Shown here: positions 13,547 through 25,735 of the stretch, piece by piece
How the letters are laid out: each line of letters starts with the position of its first letter
Position numbering within the stretch: the first letter of the stretch is position 1
Origin: Azolla caroliniana
Lineage: Eukaryota > Plantae > Polypodiophyta
Assembly: GCA_043228905.1 (NCBI GenBank)
Contig: JBHGNT010000001.1
Location: forward strand, 36,518,001 to 36,582,000
Length of the DNA stretch: 64,000 bases
Direction: 5' to 3'
Position numbers and translations under genes: made by a program
The notes under the pieces: model-generated
Databases searched by the model: none
Seen by the model: only the letters and a program-made list of their open reading frames with translations
What the model was told of the DNA's origin: nothing

Positions 13547-15038
13547 TCATATCAAGGGAAGGAATGGCGGTCTTAGGACTTGGTATGGGAGGGAGTCCCA
13601 CTGAAGGCCTTGGAAGAAAGCATGTGATTTGACCTCTATTGCTCCGCCTCCTGATCCTAGCCTCGCTTCTGGCTTCTTCACCAGAAGCTTCATGATTAGG
13701 TCTCGCAATGCCGGATCATCGGAGAGACCCCGCAATTCAACCTCTCGGTGTAGAATATTCGCAAATGTCTCGCTGCTACTTGCCCCTCTGAAAGGGGTCT
13801 TTCCATAGACCATCTCGTAGAGAAGGATTCCCAATGCCCACCAATCCACCTCGTAACCGCTCTTCTGATGGCCCCAGAGTATCATCTCTGGGGCCAAATA
13901 CTCGTCAGTTCCGACGATCTCGTCCTCCTCGGTTCTCTCCCATCCATTCTCCCAATAATCCTCATCATCTAGCTCACCATCTTCCGATGATGAACCCCAC
14001 GATCCACACGATGATGTAGCTTCTTTGGGACCAGGAGCATCATTGGAGAGAATGGCCGAGAGGTCAAAGTCCGTGAGGACAATGTGGCCGTCTGAGGAGA
14101 GCAGTATGTTCTCAGGTTTAAGGTCTCGGTAGACAATGCCAGATCCATGAAGGTGCTCAAGCGCAAGCACTATCTCGGCAGCGTAGAACCTGAGGAGGAA
14201 AACTTATACATGTTAGTTAGATTAACCATGGAGATGGAGATGATGGGCTTGGATGATGGATCCTTAGATCAATTGACATGATAGCAAAATTTGTACTAAA
14301 GTTAAAACATGAACCTGCACCCCCCCCCCCTGGGACAATGTAAAGCATCTCTCTCTGAAGCCTTATGTACAGAGGTAAAGTCAATACAAACTCAACGATG
14401 AAATGATTAATTAGCGTGTAAAACCTGATGGCAGAGCAAGAGAAACGGCGGTCAGGTAGCGAATGGCGGAGGGAATTGAGGTCACCGCCGGCGCAGTAAT
14501 CCAGAACCAGGTACCGGAAGTGAGCATCCTCGAAGCCACAATAGAATGTGGGGAGAAAAGGGTTCCTCCTTGTATCAGGAGCCACTAATCCACCATGACT
14601 CATATCCATTAGAACTAGTGTGATAGCAAGCAACATGGCTAAGATAAGAAGGGAAAGTAAAGAAAGTTGCATAGCATGCATACCTTCTTGGTGGTGGTGG
14701 TGATGATGATGATGTTGTTGTTGCCTGAGTTTGCAGAGGATTTGTTCCTCATTCCGGCATCGTTTCATGACAAGGCTGCAGCAGGAGCTTCTTCGGCTTA
14801 ATTGAACCTCCTCCTCCTTGGTGGCACCACTCTCCGATTTGCTGAATGCCTTGACTGCCACCAAAGGAGGGATGAAATGGAATGCTTGCCCTGCTCTCGT
14901 GAGGGGGGCTTCTATGGAACGGGCCTCCACCAAGAAGACGAGGCCAGTGGAACCTTGACCTAGCACTTGAAGAGGAGGTTTAAAGTACTGATTCATGGTT
15001 GTGTTGGATTGTAGGCCGCCGCACTTCTTCACCTTCAT
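13547..15038 (-). CDS. Plant AGCVIII serine/threonine protein kinase; 3 exons, start codon uncertain (15038 or 14996)
   Basis: Exons start-14684, 14584-14425 and 14189-13547. Motifs: [54 protein letters not shown] in place of DFG (AGCVIII hallmark), [15 protein letters not shown]. Confidence 0.9.
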
Positions 15039-15392
15039 TTCATACATACATGCATTTACATACAATACATATGTGGGTGTGGGTGTGGGTGTGGGTGTGG
15101 GTTGCTTCTATTGTAGGGATTGCTGCTCTATGGTTTGGTTTGGCTTGGCTTGCTACCAACGGAGGGAGGTGCTGTAGAAATCAGATGTTGCCAGTTCCGT
15201 TGGCGTACCTGCCTGATATGATTGATAGGTTTCCAACTAAGTCACCTAGTCACGCTAAACCATATGTGGCCATTGTTGCTAAAATGGGGGTATACATATG
15301 TACAGAGAACAGAAAGAGATATATATACTGTTATACATATGTATATAGAATAGATAAATATATTTTGTTACGGAGAGAAGCAAGTTTTAGTC

Positions 15393-15440
<48 letters not shown>

Positions 15441-16169
15441 ATAGATTGTTTCACCAAAAAGAAAAGAGAATAGATTGAACATTAAAAGAGAGAGGGAGGG
15501 GGAGATGATCGCCATTGATTTTTGGTGCGCGCCAAATTGAAGGCCCCATTATTGATTTTGAGTGCCCTTCCCTTCTCCCACCCATCCATGCATCCATCCT
15601 CATCAGAGAACGCGTATAGACGACTCACTCCGTAGAGTAAATATAGAGAGTGTGCTCTGCTTTTTCCCCCTTCCCATATTCATTCATTCGTAGGGTTCGA
15701 GCTCATGAATCCGCATGGGTAGAGTCTAGAGAAAGAAAGAAAGAAAGATATATTAACGTGTTCTAAGGTCAAAATTGGCCCATGAGACAATTGGTTTATA
15801 ACAAAAATGGGATATTGACCCATTCATCGAAAGTAAAAATATAAATAAATAAAAATAGAGAGAGAGAAAGAGAGCACAGCCCATTCATTGACACGGCTCA
15901 CGAATTTGGCTTGGTCCCGCTCAAGAACCTTGATGGCTCGTATACATACATATATCATATATGTATAGTCCTTCCGTGGTGACCGAACACTTGGACTGTA
16001 TTCTCCGACATCTCGAATGTCCTTTCCTAGCCGCATTGCCCATACTTGTGTGGCACGTTGCGGACTTCCCATGACAAGTTGCTATGTAAGGTTGTCCCTT
16101 CGGATTTCATGTTTGTTGGCTAAAAATGTGAGACTTTGAGTTCGATGCATTGCCAAGGGACACTTAATG

Positions 16170-16330
16170 TGCATGGTGTCATGTTTCTACATTGGGTCAA
16201 TACCAAGGGCTTCAATGTGGCATCAACATCTATCCTCTACCTTTAGATGATATAGGTGGATTTTTACTAAACATTGCAACCTTCCTCATGAGATGATGAT
16301 TAATGAAGATCAAGGTAGGTGGTACTGTAG
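16170..16330 (+). mobile_element. Possible decayed hAT (DUF659-type) transposase remnant
   Basis: Frame GVMFLHWVNTKG near 16175 resembles the G-x-MFL-xx-VD/N-T-x-G motif of DUF659 hAT transposases, followed by stops. Recalled similarity only. Confidence 0.3.
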
Positions 16331-16931
16331 GAGGCGTAATCTTTATAGGGTTCAAGTTTAACGTTGGTTTAGGTAGGCAAATTTCTTAACCTTGGGTAGT
16401 TTATTGTTATAACCAGCTTGGAGCATTAAAGTCAACAATAGTCCAAGTTGCATTATATTTATGAAGCCCAACTCTAATGTTATGCAAGGTGAGATAACCT
16501 AGAAAGAGCATCAAACTTTATAATGATCCAAGCTATATAAACTTTTTCAAGCCCAATGCAAGTTGGATAAGTTGCTCCTAATATATCACGGGTTGTTTTA
16601 ACACTTGGTTGTTGATATATGATGAAACACTCTTACTTGTGAGTTACAATGTTGTGGACGAATTATTCGACAAAATTAGAAGTTGAAACATTGAATGGCA
16701 TGGGAAAGAAATTTTCACAAAGTGCTTTAATTGTGATTGTACAATGTTCATTTTCTTCTTTCATGTTGCTAGGAAGCCTAGCTTTGTGGACAACTTTGTT
16801 CATTTTGTGTTGCTCCACCTAAGTTTGCAATATCTATTCCTCCTTCAATGCTTAGCTTAGGTCCTATTTACAAAAGTGAGCTTTCAAGCCATTTAGGAAT
16901 GGTTTGTAAAGGTATGATAAGATGTTGACTT

Positions 16932-17131
16932 TTAAAACAACCCCACATGGTTGAAGGACCAAAACTTAAATGGTTTCAACATGCGCACAATCTTGTGTTT
17001 GCCCAATACATACATATATATATATATATATATACAACATCTTAAAACAACCGCACATGGTTGAAGGACCAAAACTTAAATGGTTTCAACATGCGCACAA
17101 TCTTGTGTTCGTCCAATACATACATACATAC

Positions 17132-17175
<44 letters not shown>

Positions 17176-17431
17176 ACACACACACACACACACAATACAA
17201 ATACATTGAAATACATGGTTGAAGGACCAAAACTTAAATGGTTTCAACATGCGCACAATCTTGTGTTCGCCCAATACATACATACATACATACATATATA
17301 TGTGTGTGTGTGTGTACACACACACACACACAATACAAATACATTGAAATACATGGTTGAAGGACCAAAACTTAAATGGTTTCAACATGTGCACAATCTT
17401 GTGTTCGCCCAATACATACATACATACATAC

Positions 17432-17467
<36 letters not shown>

Positions 17468-17636
17468 ACACACACACACACACAATACAAATACATTGAA
17501 ATACATGGTTGAAGGACCAAAACTTAAATGGTTTCAACATGCGCACAATCTTGTGTTCGCCCAATACATACATACATACATATGTGTGTGTGTGTGTGTG
17601 TATGTGTACACACACACAATACAAATACATTGAAAT
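16932..17636. repeat. Five-copy tandem array: constant ~60 bp core plus variable (TACA)n/(TG)n/(CA)n microsatellite
   Basis: Core catggttgaaggaccaaaacttaaatggtttcaacatgcgcacaatcttgtgttcgcccaata starts at 16946, 17056, 17214, 17352 and 17504. Confidence 0.97.
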
Positions 17637-19049
17637 CACATCAAATATCCATGGAGCAAGCAAAATTACCACGTACACTTCTATTGAACACCATCCAATT
17701 TAATGTTAGGTTTTCTTAGGATCTTCTAATGAGGTTAGATTCATTGTGTTCCTATGCCACATATAGGGTTTTCTTTCATGCTACAATTTACTTTTCTATA
17801 CACGTGGGTCACTACATGTTATGAATAGGCTTCATCTCTCTATATCCATTCTACATTGATAATTTCAAAATAATATGTTATCATCATCTGTTCATTTTTC
17901 AAGTACCCTAAGAGTTTACAACACATTTTGCTAATCTTACCCACAAACAATCTTCTGACCCATGCTCGAGCTTGACTTACAACACCCCAACTTGGAAATC
18001 GGATTTGGTTTCCGAAGGGTCCATGTTGAGTACAATTGCAAGGGTCACTAAAACATCCACAAGCAATAGGAGAATATGAAAAAAATGCAAAAACATATGT
18101 AGTTAATGTAATGCATTTACGTCTTATACAATATGTAGTTCAAGTGGTAAAACTTGCGTTGGTTTGTGGACTAATTCTTTAGCCCCTTTCTCATGCATTC
18201 TTCTAGTTTTGATCATGCATTTATTTATGCAAACTCTTCATAATGTTAGTTTAAGATCATGTGAATTGATCCTTCTAACATATTAAAAAATGGCTCTACG
18301 ACATTGAATTGTCACATTTTAATAAATTGAAAATGTAAACACTATAACATTGCTCTTTAACAAAGGCAAAGCTATATGACAAGACATTGTTAATCTCATC
18401 ATAAATAATGATTATTTAACCAATTGTTCTTTACTGCAATATCCCTTCCATCATTGACATGTTCCTACGGTCTACCTCATCCACATATTGTCACTCACTC
18501 TTTAGTCACTATTTGTGTTTGGGAAATGTATCAAAATATCCATGTTATTTCATAGGAATCTCAAAATACCCCTTGTTTTTTTTATTTGCAAAAGATTACC
18601 ATGTCTCTCAATAATCTCTCCTTTTATCTCTCCCTAGAGAGACAAAGAAAGATTTTGTTGGGTGGTTTGGTATGCCCCCTTTTGTCTTTTCCATTTTTTG
18701 GGGGTAATGCATCTTAAGATGATGGGACATTCAAATGTGCTAGAAAATTCTGAAACGAGGTAAAAACCCACAAATATTGATTACCAGTAAAGGAGTTAAG
18801 GCATATGTATAAGGAAGTTGAAGGGAGTATTGATGTAGCAACCGAAGTTTCAAATTAGATCGTTAAGTGATTCGTCGAGTAAAAATAATATTTCATGGTA
18901 TTGAATTAATAAAATTAAACCTAGAATTGAGCAACTTGTTCATTAGTATGTTCAAATTCTACCAAATTAATAATGTTTTAGGTCAAATGATGTAATTAGT
19001 TACCCCATCGCTACATTTACTTCAAACATGACTAAATGTTCTACAAATG

Positions 19050-19700
19050 AAGAGTTAAATATTCCTATAAGGAGAACACATTTTAACTCCCACGTAAAAT
19101 GGAGAAAATGACATTGGAGCGCTTAACTTTTTCCTGAGATGCATTCACTAACTCGTCCATGCAAACATAGTAGGACAAAAATTTGAGATGTGATTCTATG
19201 ACTTGCATGCAATAAATAGGAACATACACATATCCCCACCTTCTTAAGAGTATAAAAGACCATTGTTGAGGTGCCACTTTCTCCAACATTGTCACCAATA
19301 GGAATCAATATTCTTCAACTCCGTCAATCAAATTGCTAGATCGCTTTTACTAGTGTTGTCTTTGCATCCCTATATTCATTTGGTTTGATATATGTGTTAT
19401 AGTCATCAATGTCCTACTACCGTGCACATGGCATGCCCTTCATAAATACACAAGCCTTTGGCATTTGCTAGGGCAAGTGTCAACACTCATTATTTATCTT
19501 TTGCAATCTCTAGCATTCTTCGAACACACAGTTGACATTTATGTGGATAGACTCGACAAAAATGTAGTTTGTCAATGATCTCACATGTTTGAATTATGCA
19601 TACACTTTTGTGGACACTCAAGTTACACCCACCATTGTAATTGTAAATCGCTGACATTCCTCTCATGTTTACTCATATCTTTTGTCCACCATGTTTCCAC
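19050..19700 (-). mobile_element. Possible decayed hAT transposase remnant
   Basis: Fragment VPIYCMQV...LSYYVCMDEL loosely resembles the hAT PIY..LR...LGY.YE.MD region. Heavily degraded. Confidence 0.25.
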
Positions 19701-22700
19701 TTCAATAAATGAGCCATTTGCAATTTTATATTAGTGAATCCATTTCTAGGGGAAATGAGAGAGACAACTAAATACTCAAAAGTAACCGCATGATACATAT
19801 GGTCACCTACTTCTTGACATTTCATTATCATGATTTTGGGCCTCTAGTTTTTTCTTCCTTGGATAGCTATTAAAATAAGGAATCATACATGCTAGGTTTG
19901 ACAATAATAAGTACTCAATTGGGGTGTATAGAAACACATATAATGAGAGTAGAACAAATCTAAAGGGAAATATTTGCTCATACATGAAGCTCTGGTACTC
20001 TTGCCAATATTCCCCCAAGCAGGCAAAGTGAGCAACAAACGAGAAAAACAATGACACGCCTTTTACAAAACCATTCTACTAGCGAGGAGATTGCCACTCT
20101 ATCAAATCCATATTTCCCATGTATTGCACACATAGGAGTCTGAAAAATGAGATTTAGGAAGGATATTGCCAAGACAATGAACCTTTACTGTTCGAATAGA
20201 AATACAACACACACACACACACACACACACACAATACATCTATGTTATGTATACATAATATTTTACCTTTTTGTTGAGGTTTGACAACACGAACTTCATG
20301 TATCCACAACGATTTCGTAGGTCAAGGTTTGAGAAAGTAGACAAAATACATCAAAGCTATTTTGACAAATAAGCCAATAATAAACTTCCTTCACACTTAT
20401 CTTCTTTGTTTGTGCCTTGACGATGATGAATATTTGTGATCTCTCCACAACATATAGAAGTAGTGTGAGAAATTATAATTGTTGTTATTTTCCTTTACTT
20501 GAGAAACATGCATGTAGTCATGACACAATATTGATGAGTTACTAAAGTAAAGAAAAATAACAACTTATAAATTTGGATGAACATAATGTCATCTAGTAGT
20601 GTAGTGCATATGGATATACATATTTGACCTCAGAGAAAACTCTAAAACATGCCATTATATTCCCAACAAATGGAGAAGGTGGTGAGGCTCCAAACAAAGA
20701 AAACTTCCACGGAACCTTTTATTTACAAGGATGTCATATAAAACATAGAGCCACAATCCGGAAAAGAGTATAAAACATTAAAACATGATTACGGAGAACA
20801 TATCATAACATTTAAAAAAACACTCCAATTTGGACAACTAGGCACATGAGGGGAAAGTGTCGGTAAGACACTTAGTAGTGAAAGACAAAAGAAAGAAAGA
20901 AAGAGACACACACAAAACGTAATGACAAGAGGAGAGAATAAAGAAATGAATAAAATGATGGAGATTATTATTGAGACTCGAGAGAGTGAAGTTCTCTTAT
21001 TATTTAAGAGAAATTATTAGAATTGGTGAGAGAGAGAGAGAGAGAGAGAGATCAATCGATAGATAGATTAATGTCTTCTAAGACCAAATTTGGCCCATGA
21101 GACAATCGGTTACTTACAAATTACAATAAACATAGATAAAAGAGTTTTAGTGTGGTACAAAAAATTAGGTTTCAAACACAAAACATTGTGCTAGAAGTGT
21201 AGCTAACTTTCTACCAACGATCAAACTTGGTGTAGTGGCGTTGGTCTATATACAAATTCTCTGGAAGTAAGAACACATAAAACTTAATGTTTGAGTTTGA
21301 AGTGCATGACTTATAAAGTTATATGTATGGGCTTAGGGTTTAGGGTTCACCCTTGAACATTTGAAGCTCGAAGGGTGCCATACTTCCCCCTCTCCTTGTT
21401 CGGGTACCCACAGTGCAAAAGCATTATTATTTCCTCTCTTTTGAAGAGATTTCCCTTGATGCGGTCTAAGAATCTGAGGATAGAGTTGCCATAGATCATG
21501 CCACAATATTGCCTTGTTTCGTTCCTCATTTTGGAGAGATGTACAATAGTGAAAGGGTGGCAATCAATCAGATCTCAATGTGAAGAAGGCCATTGTTTTT
21601 TACCCACTTCATCACCTGTGAGTGCCATGATCCTTCTACATCTTGTGCTTGTTTGCGTTTGATGCTTGGAATGCTTTACTTGCAGTTAGTTGTTTGAGGT
21701 GCAGGCATGGCTTGAATCCGATTGATGATATTTAGGGTTTAGAATACAATCATGGGGGGGGGGGGGGGGGGGCGTGCTATCGATCCAGCAGAAACCTTCA
21801 TGAAAACTCTTCTTTGTATACTGTTCATATCTGTATGTACAAATTAGTAACTGTGTGTTTGTGTAAGAACATGGAGTGAAACAGTGAAAGGTTTACGTGT
21901 TCTAAGCACAGTTTTTTTTCCAGAGTAATTCAAAGGTAATGTGTTTCTCTCACATACACCAATCGCATCCTAAATTCTAATTAGCACTCATGTAGTTGCC
22001 TGATGGGTAGGTAACTCATCATCTTGCATGTGTCTGCATAAAAGGGTTTCCAGCATGTCAGCCAATCTACAGATGTTGAATTAGTACATGTTTATGGTAT
22101 TATAGTCACGCTTTATGTCGTTGCATCAGAGATTAATGGAACTTCAATGTCTTGATTCCAGAGTCTTGAAATTGAAAGTCTTGACATGCATCCAACATTA
22201 ACGCCACCAAGTTAGTGTAAAGATTGCACATTGTAATAATGCAACAACGACTACATTGGGTTTATGATAGACTTCTGTATTATGTACTTCCAAGGCAATA
22301 TTGATTGGACACAAAGAGACCATGAGACCATGATCAGATGGGATTAAGATAGGGTTTATATCCTATAAAATGCAAATTATGATAGAGTTATACAGTTATA
22401 TTTATCTGAAGATAACAACAGCTTCAATACATTTTATTTATTTACTATGACTTCCACATGGCTCAAATCTCTGAATTTAAAACACGCCACTTTACAAGCA
22501 TGAATTATGGTTTACATGATTAACTTGATATAGGATTCTGTAGATCTACTGGAATGAGTGAGACCGAGAAAGAGAAAGAGGGAGGAGAGTTTTTTTTTTA
22601 TATGTCGTTGAACAAGCTCACTCAGTTCTGCACTCCGGCCCCTATCTAAGATTGTCATTAATTATATAGTGCATCATAAGTGAGCGTAGTGAGATTTACA

Positions 22701-23374
22701 TGTTTAATAACAATTATAATGCATCGATCTCGTGAGGGTGCAGTAGCCCTGGTACTGATGATATTTTTAACCTTGTTTTAACTCACAAACAAAAAAAATG
22801 CTTCCAATGTAATTCAAAGAAAAAAAAAAGGTTGGATAAGGAATGTCATAAAGCAATCAATCAAGCGAAAAAGAAGAATTACAATGCGGCTGATCAAGAA
22901 GGTGATGAAAATATGTTTAAAGCTAGTTTGCAGCTTCATGTTTGAGAAATGGGAAAGAAAATGAAATTAAAACGCCCTAAATAAATAAATATAGAAAAGC
23001 AGGAAAGATTGGTGGTGGTATTAAATGGCTGACAGTTCCTGCATGATCTTCCCCATTAAAAGCCACATTGTGATGCTTCCTAACGATTGTCTAATTTGTG
23101 TGTGTGTGTGTGTGCCCCATCCAGGAGTGTGGATTCAATCAAGTAGTCTTTGATGATTGGCCCTCATTTGAGAGTTTGGTGATGCAGGTGCCAACATTCT
23201 TTAATTCTCCTAGAGAGAGGGAGAGGTGTATAATGTTCCATCTTTATAATGCATTACTGCATGGATGTATGTATGTATGTAAGCATTAGCCAGAAATGGT
23301 GGTGTAATTATATAATATCTGCAACTTGAAATTGAAAAGAACAAAGCCTGAGGGAATAGAAATGGTGAGTTCAT

Positions 23375-24979
23375 TCACGGAAATGGCATCCAAGCCGACG
23401 CGTAAATGGTAGCCTGGTCTTTCCATGTGAGGGTAAATCCATGGTGGCGTTGTTGTTGGTGTTGGTGCCGGTGGTCTTGCTGGGCTTCATGATCATGTAC
23501 TTCGGTGAGAACGTCGGTTACAGTAGTGGCGCCACCATTGATCATATACCCCCACGATCCTTCTTTGTAACGCTTGAGCAACGCTTTCACGTCATCGAAG
23601 ACATCCTCGCTGAACCCTTTGGCCACAAACCCGGCTTCGTACATGCGCTCGTTCCACTGCGAAGACTTCTCCCGGATCTCGTGTTGCGAGCTCTCCGGCA
23701 CCCTGTCGGCGCATGCCACAATGTGTAGGATGCTTCGCGATGCCGCTCGCTCCAATGCCAGGCGCTCGCTGCTTGTCTTGGGCATGCAGTAATCTAATGA
23801 GTCGAAGAAGAGGGAGTAGAATCGAAGCGCTTCGGAGAACGAGTCTTCCAATGACCGGGCTGTCGAAGCTGCACTGAGGTCGACATCGTCCTCTACGAGA
23901 GTGATGATTTTAGGGTTAAGGTTATGGAGTGTGCACAAGAGCGCATGGCGTTGGGAAGGTGGTACGCGGTGCAAGGTTTGGACACAATTGATTACCAGTG
24001 CCTCCGAGGCATGTTCACTAGAGTGGCCTACAAATGATGATGATGATGAGGAGGAGGAGGAGGAGGAGGATGAATGCTGCATGAGATGGGGCGCGAAGTC
24101 TGCGTGTCCAATGGTGGCCTCGTGTTGGAGGAGGTGGTGAAGGTCAGTGTGGTGCACGAGATTGAACTGGAAGGGGACGCCCATGAGCCGCGCGAATTTC
24201 TCTAAACGAATACCGACTTCCTCCATCACCTTCGTGAGTGAGTCATGATGAGTGCTCTCGGAGGAGGAGGAGTCGAGGCTGCCTTCTCCTCCTCCGGCTT
24301 GGTTGAAAACCACGGTGGTCAAGCGCAGAAGATTGGGCGCCCCCTCGGGCCGCGTCGCGAGTGCTTCAAGAAGAGTGGGCCACTGAGTACACAATGTGTC
24401 GGACATGTCGATGATGTGGACCCTCGACTCGCCTTCGAGCGCCTCTAGGATCGCGCCATTGCTCGCCACGTGGCCGAACGTGGTCCACGGGCTCGCCTCC
24501 TGGAACTTGAGGATGGTCTTGCGCATGGTCTCGAAGTTGTGACTACGCTCGGACGCGGCGCACAGAGTGGCGTAGGTGCTGGGCCCGCTGCCGGAGAGGC
24601 GGCAGAAGAGGGCATGCATGAAGGCCCACGCGAGGCGTTGCTCGTGAGAGCCGTAAGGGGAGGCGAGCTCGTTGAGCACCCAGAGGAGTTGTTGCGTGTG
24701 GCCGGCATTGTTGTCGAGGTCATCGATGTCAAGTAGCGCAGAGGCCATGGAGGCGGCGCATTCTTGTAGCAGGTTGGTCGCCCAATCGGTGCCGTGCAGC
24801 AGGTCAAGGTGAGTAAGGTTGAGTGCCCCGTGACCACTAGCCACACTCTCGGCATGCCCGCTTCTTCTTAATCTACGTTGTTGTTGTTGTTGTTGTTGTT
24901 GTTGGGCCATGTTGTTGTTGAGTAAAGAAGTCACACGTGATCTAGATATAGATATCGCGCGCAACATAGTATTATTCAT
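23375..24979 (-). CDS. SHR: GRAS transcription factor, SHORT-ROOT clade, intronless, 534 aa
   Basis: WATNLLQECA; LNELASPYG..EQRLA; KFQEASPWTTFGHVASNGAILEA; VHIID; LCTQWPTLLEALATR; FARLMGVPFQF; DDVKALLKRY; C-terminal SAW. These are SHR-clade signatures. Confidence 0.93.
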   Translation of the reverse strand: MNNTMLRAISISRSRVTSLLNNNMAQQQQQQQQQRRLRRSGHAESVASGHGALNLTHLDLLHGTDWATNLLQECAASMASALLDIDDLDNNAGHTQQLLWVLNELASPYGSHEQRLAWAFMHALFCRLSGSGPSTYATLCAASERSHNFETMRKTILKFQEASPWTTFGHVASNGAILEALEGESRVHIIDMSDTLCTQWPTLLEALATRPEGAPNLLRLTTVVFNQAGGGEGSLDSSSSESTHHDSLTKVMEEVGIRLEKFARLMGVPFQFNLVHHTDLHHLLQHEATIGHADFAPHLMQHSSSSSSSSSSSSSFVGHSSEHASEALVINCVQTLHRVPPSQRHALLCTLHNLNPKIITLVEDDVDLSAASTARSLEDSFSEALRFYSLFFDSLDYCMPKTSSERLALERAASRSILHIVACADRVPESSQHEIREKSSQWNERMYEAGFVAKGFSEDVFDDVKALLKRYKEGSWGYMINGGATTVTDVLTEVHDHEAQQDHRHQHQQQRHHGFTLTWKDQATIYASAWMPFP

Positions 24980-25026
24980 TGTTAAGATCGAGCATGGACA
25001 CCGCCCCGATTCGTCTACGGATTCTT

Positions 25027-25057
<31 letters not shown>

Positions 25058-25629
25058 GTCCCAAGGAAAGGGGAAAGAAGAGAAGAAGTATTATTACTTA
25101 ATGGCTATTCATTCATTCTTCATTGTTCTTTGTTCTCCCTCCTCCAGGAGGAGAATGAAGAGGAGAGGACTGACTGAATGTGACGTTGTATCCCAAGAGA
25201 AGCAAACATCAGTTAGTGGATGTCTCCATCATCCCTTGCAAGAAGCGCTTTTTTGCCCTTTTGTTTTGCTTTCCATGCTTTTTCGTAAGATTCCTTCCAC
25301 AAACAACTGCTTTTTTCTTGTGGTACCACATGGATATCATGTTATAATAATCTTCTTAATGTCATTGCCCACATTTGATCTCTCTGTCTCTCTGTCTCTG
25401 TCACTCTCTCCCGACAACCTCGTTGGGTATCGGCCCTTAAGGGGAATATATGTCTGTCTGTCTGTCAGTCCCATCTAGTTTGTTCCCAATAGCATCGAGA
25501 AACGCAAAAGCTAGGAAAAGCAGAGCTTTTCTCCCCCCACCTCACTTTGCGTAAACCTTTTTCCTCCCAAGTTTTTTCAAAACCTCTGGGAACGGAGAGA
25601 GAGAGAGAGAGAGAGTCTATAGGGATCAG

Positions 25630-25735
25630 CAACGGCTCAGCTCGGCTTAGGTTTGAGCTTGACTAAACGGTTTGAGCTCGGTTCGTCTTGGCTTGAGCCT
25701 TGCTAAACCGGCTCAAGCCGTTTAAGCCGTTTGGA
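25630..25735. repeat. Short degenerate repeat/inverted-repeat cassette (aaacggctc/ttgagcc/aagccgttt), MITE-like, between (GA)n tracts in the SHR upstream region
   Basis: aacggct at the left end is complementary to agccgtt at the right end. Internal ttgagct/ggcttgagcc repeats. Confidence 0.45.

Noticed and set aside
15645-15882. miR529-like sequence agagagcacagccc with a partial complement near 15650
   Set aside because: Only the 3' 14 nt match, within a GA microsatellite. The complement is short, distant and on the unexpected arm.
16932-17636. CRISPR-like repeat-spacer appearance
   Set aside because: Eukaryotic context, ~60-bp repeats, spacers are related microsatellites rather than unique sequences, and there are no cas genes. 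The ORFs here are repeat translations.
23441-24855. Several overlapping and antisense ORFs within SHR
   Set aside because: Expected shadows of a GC-rich coding region; no motifs.
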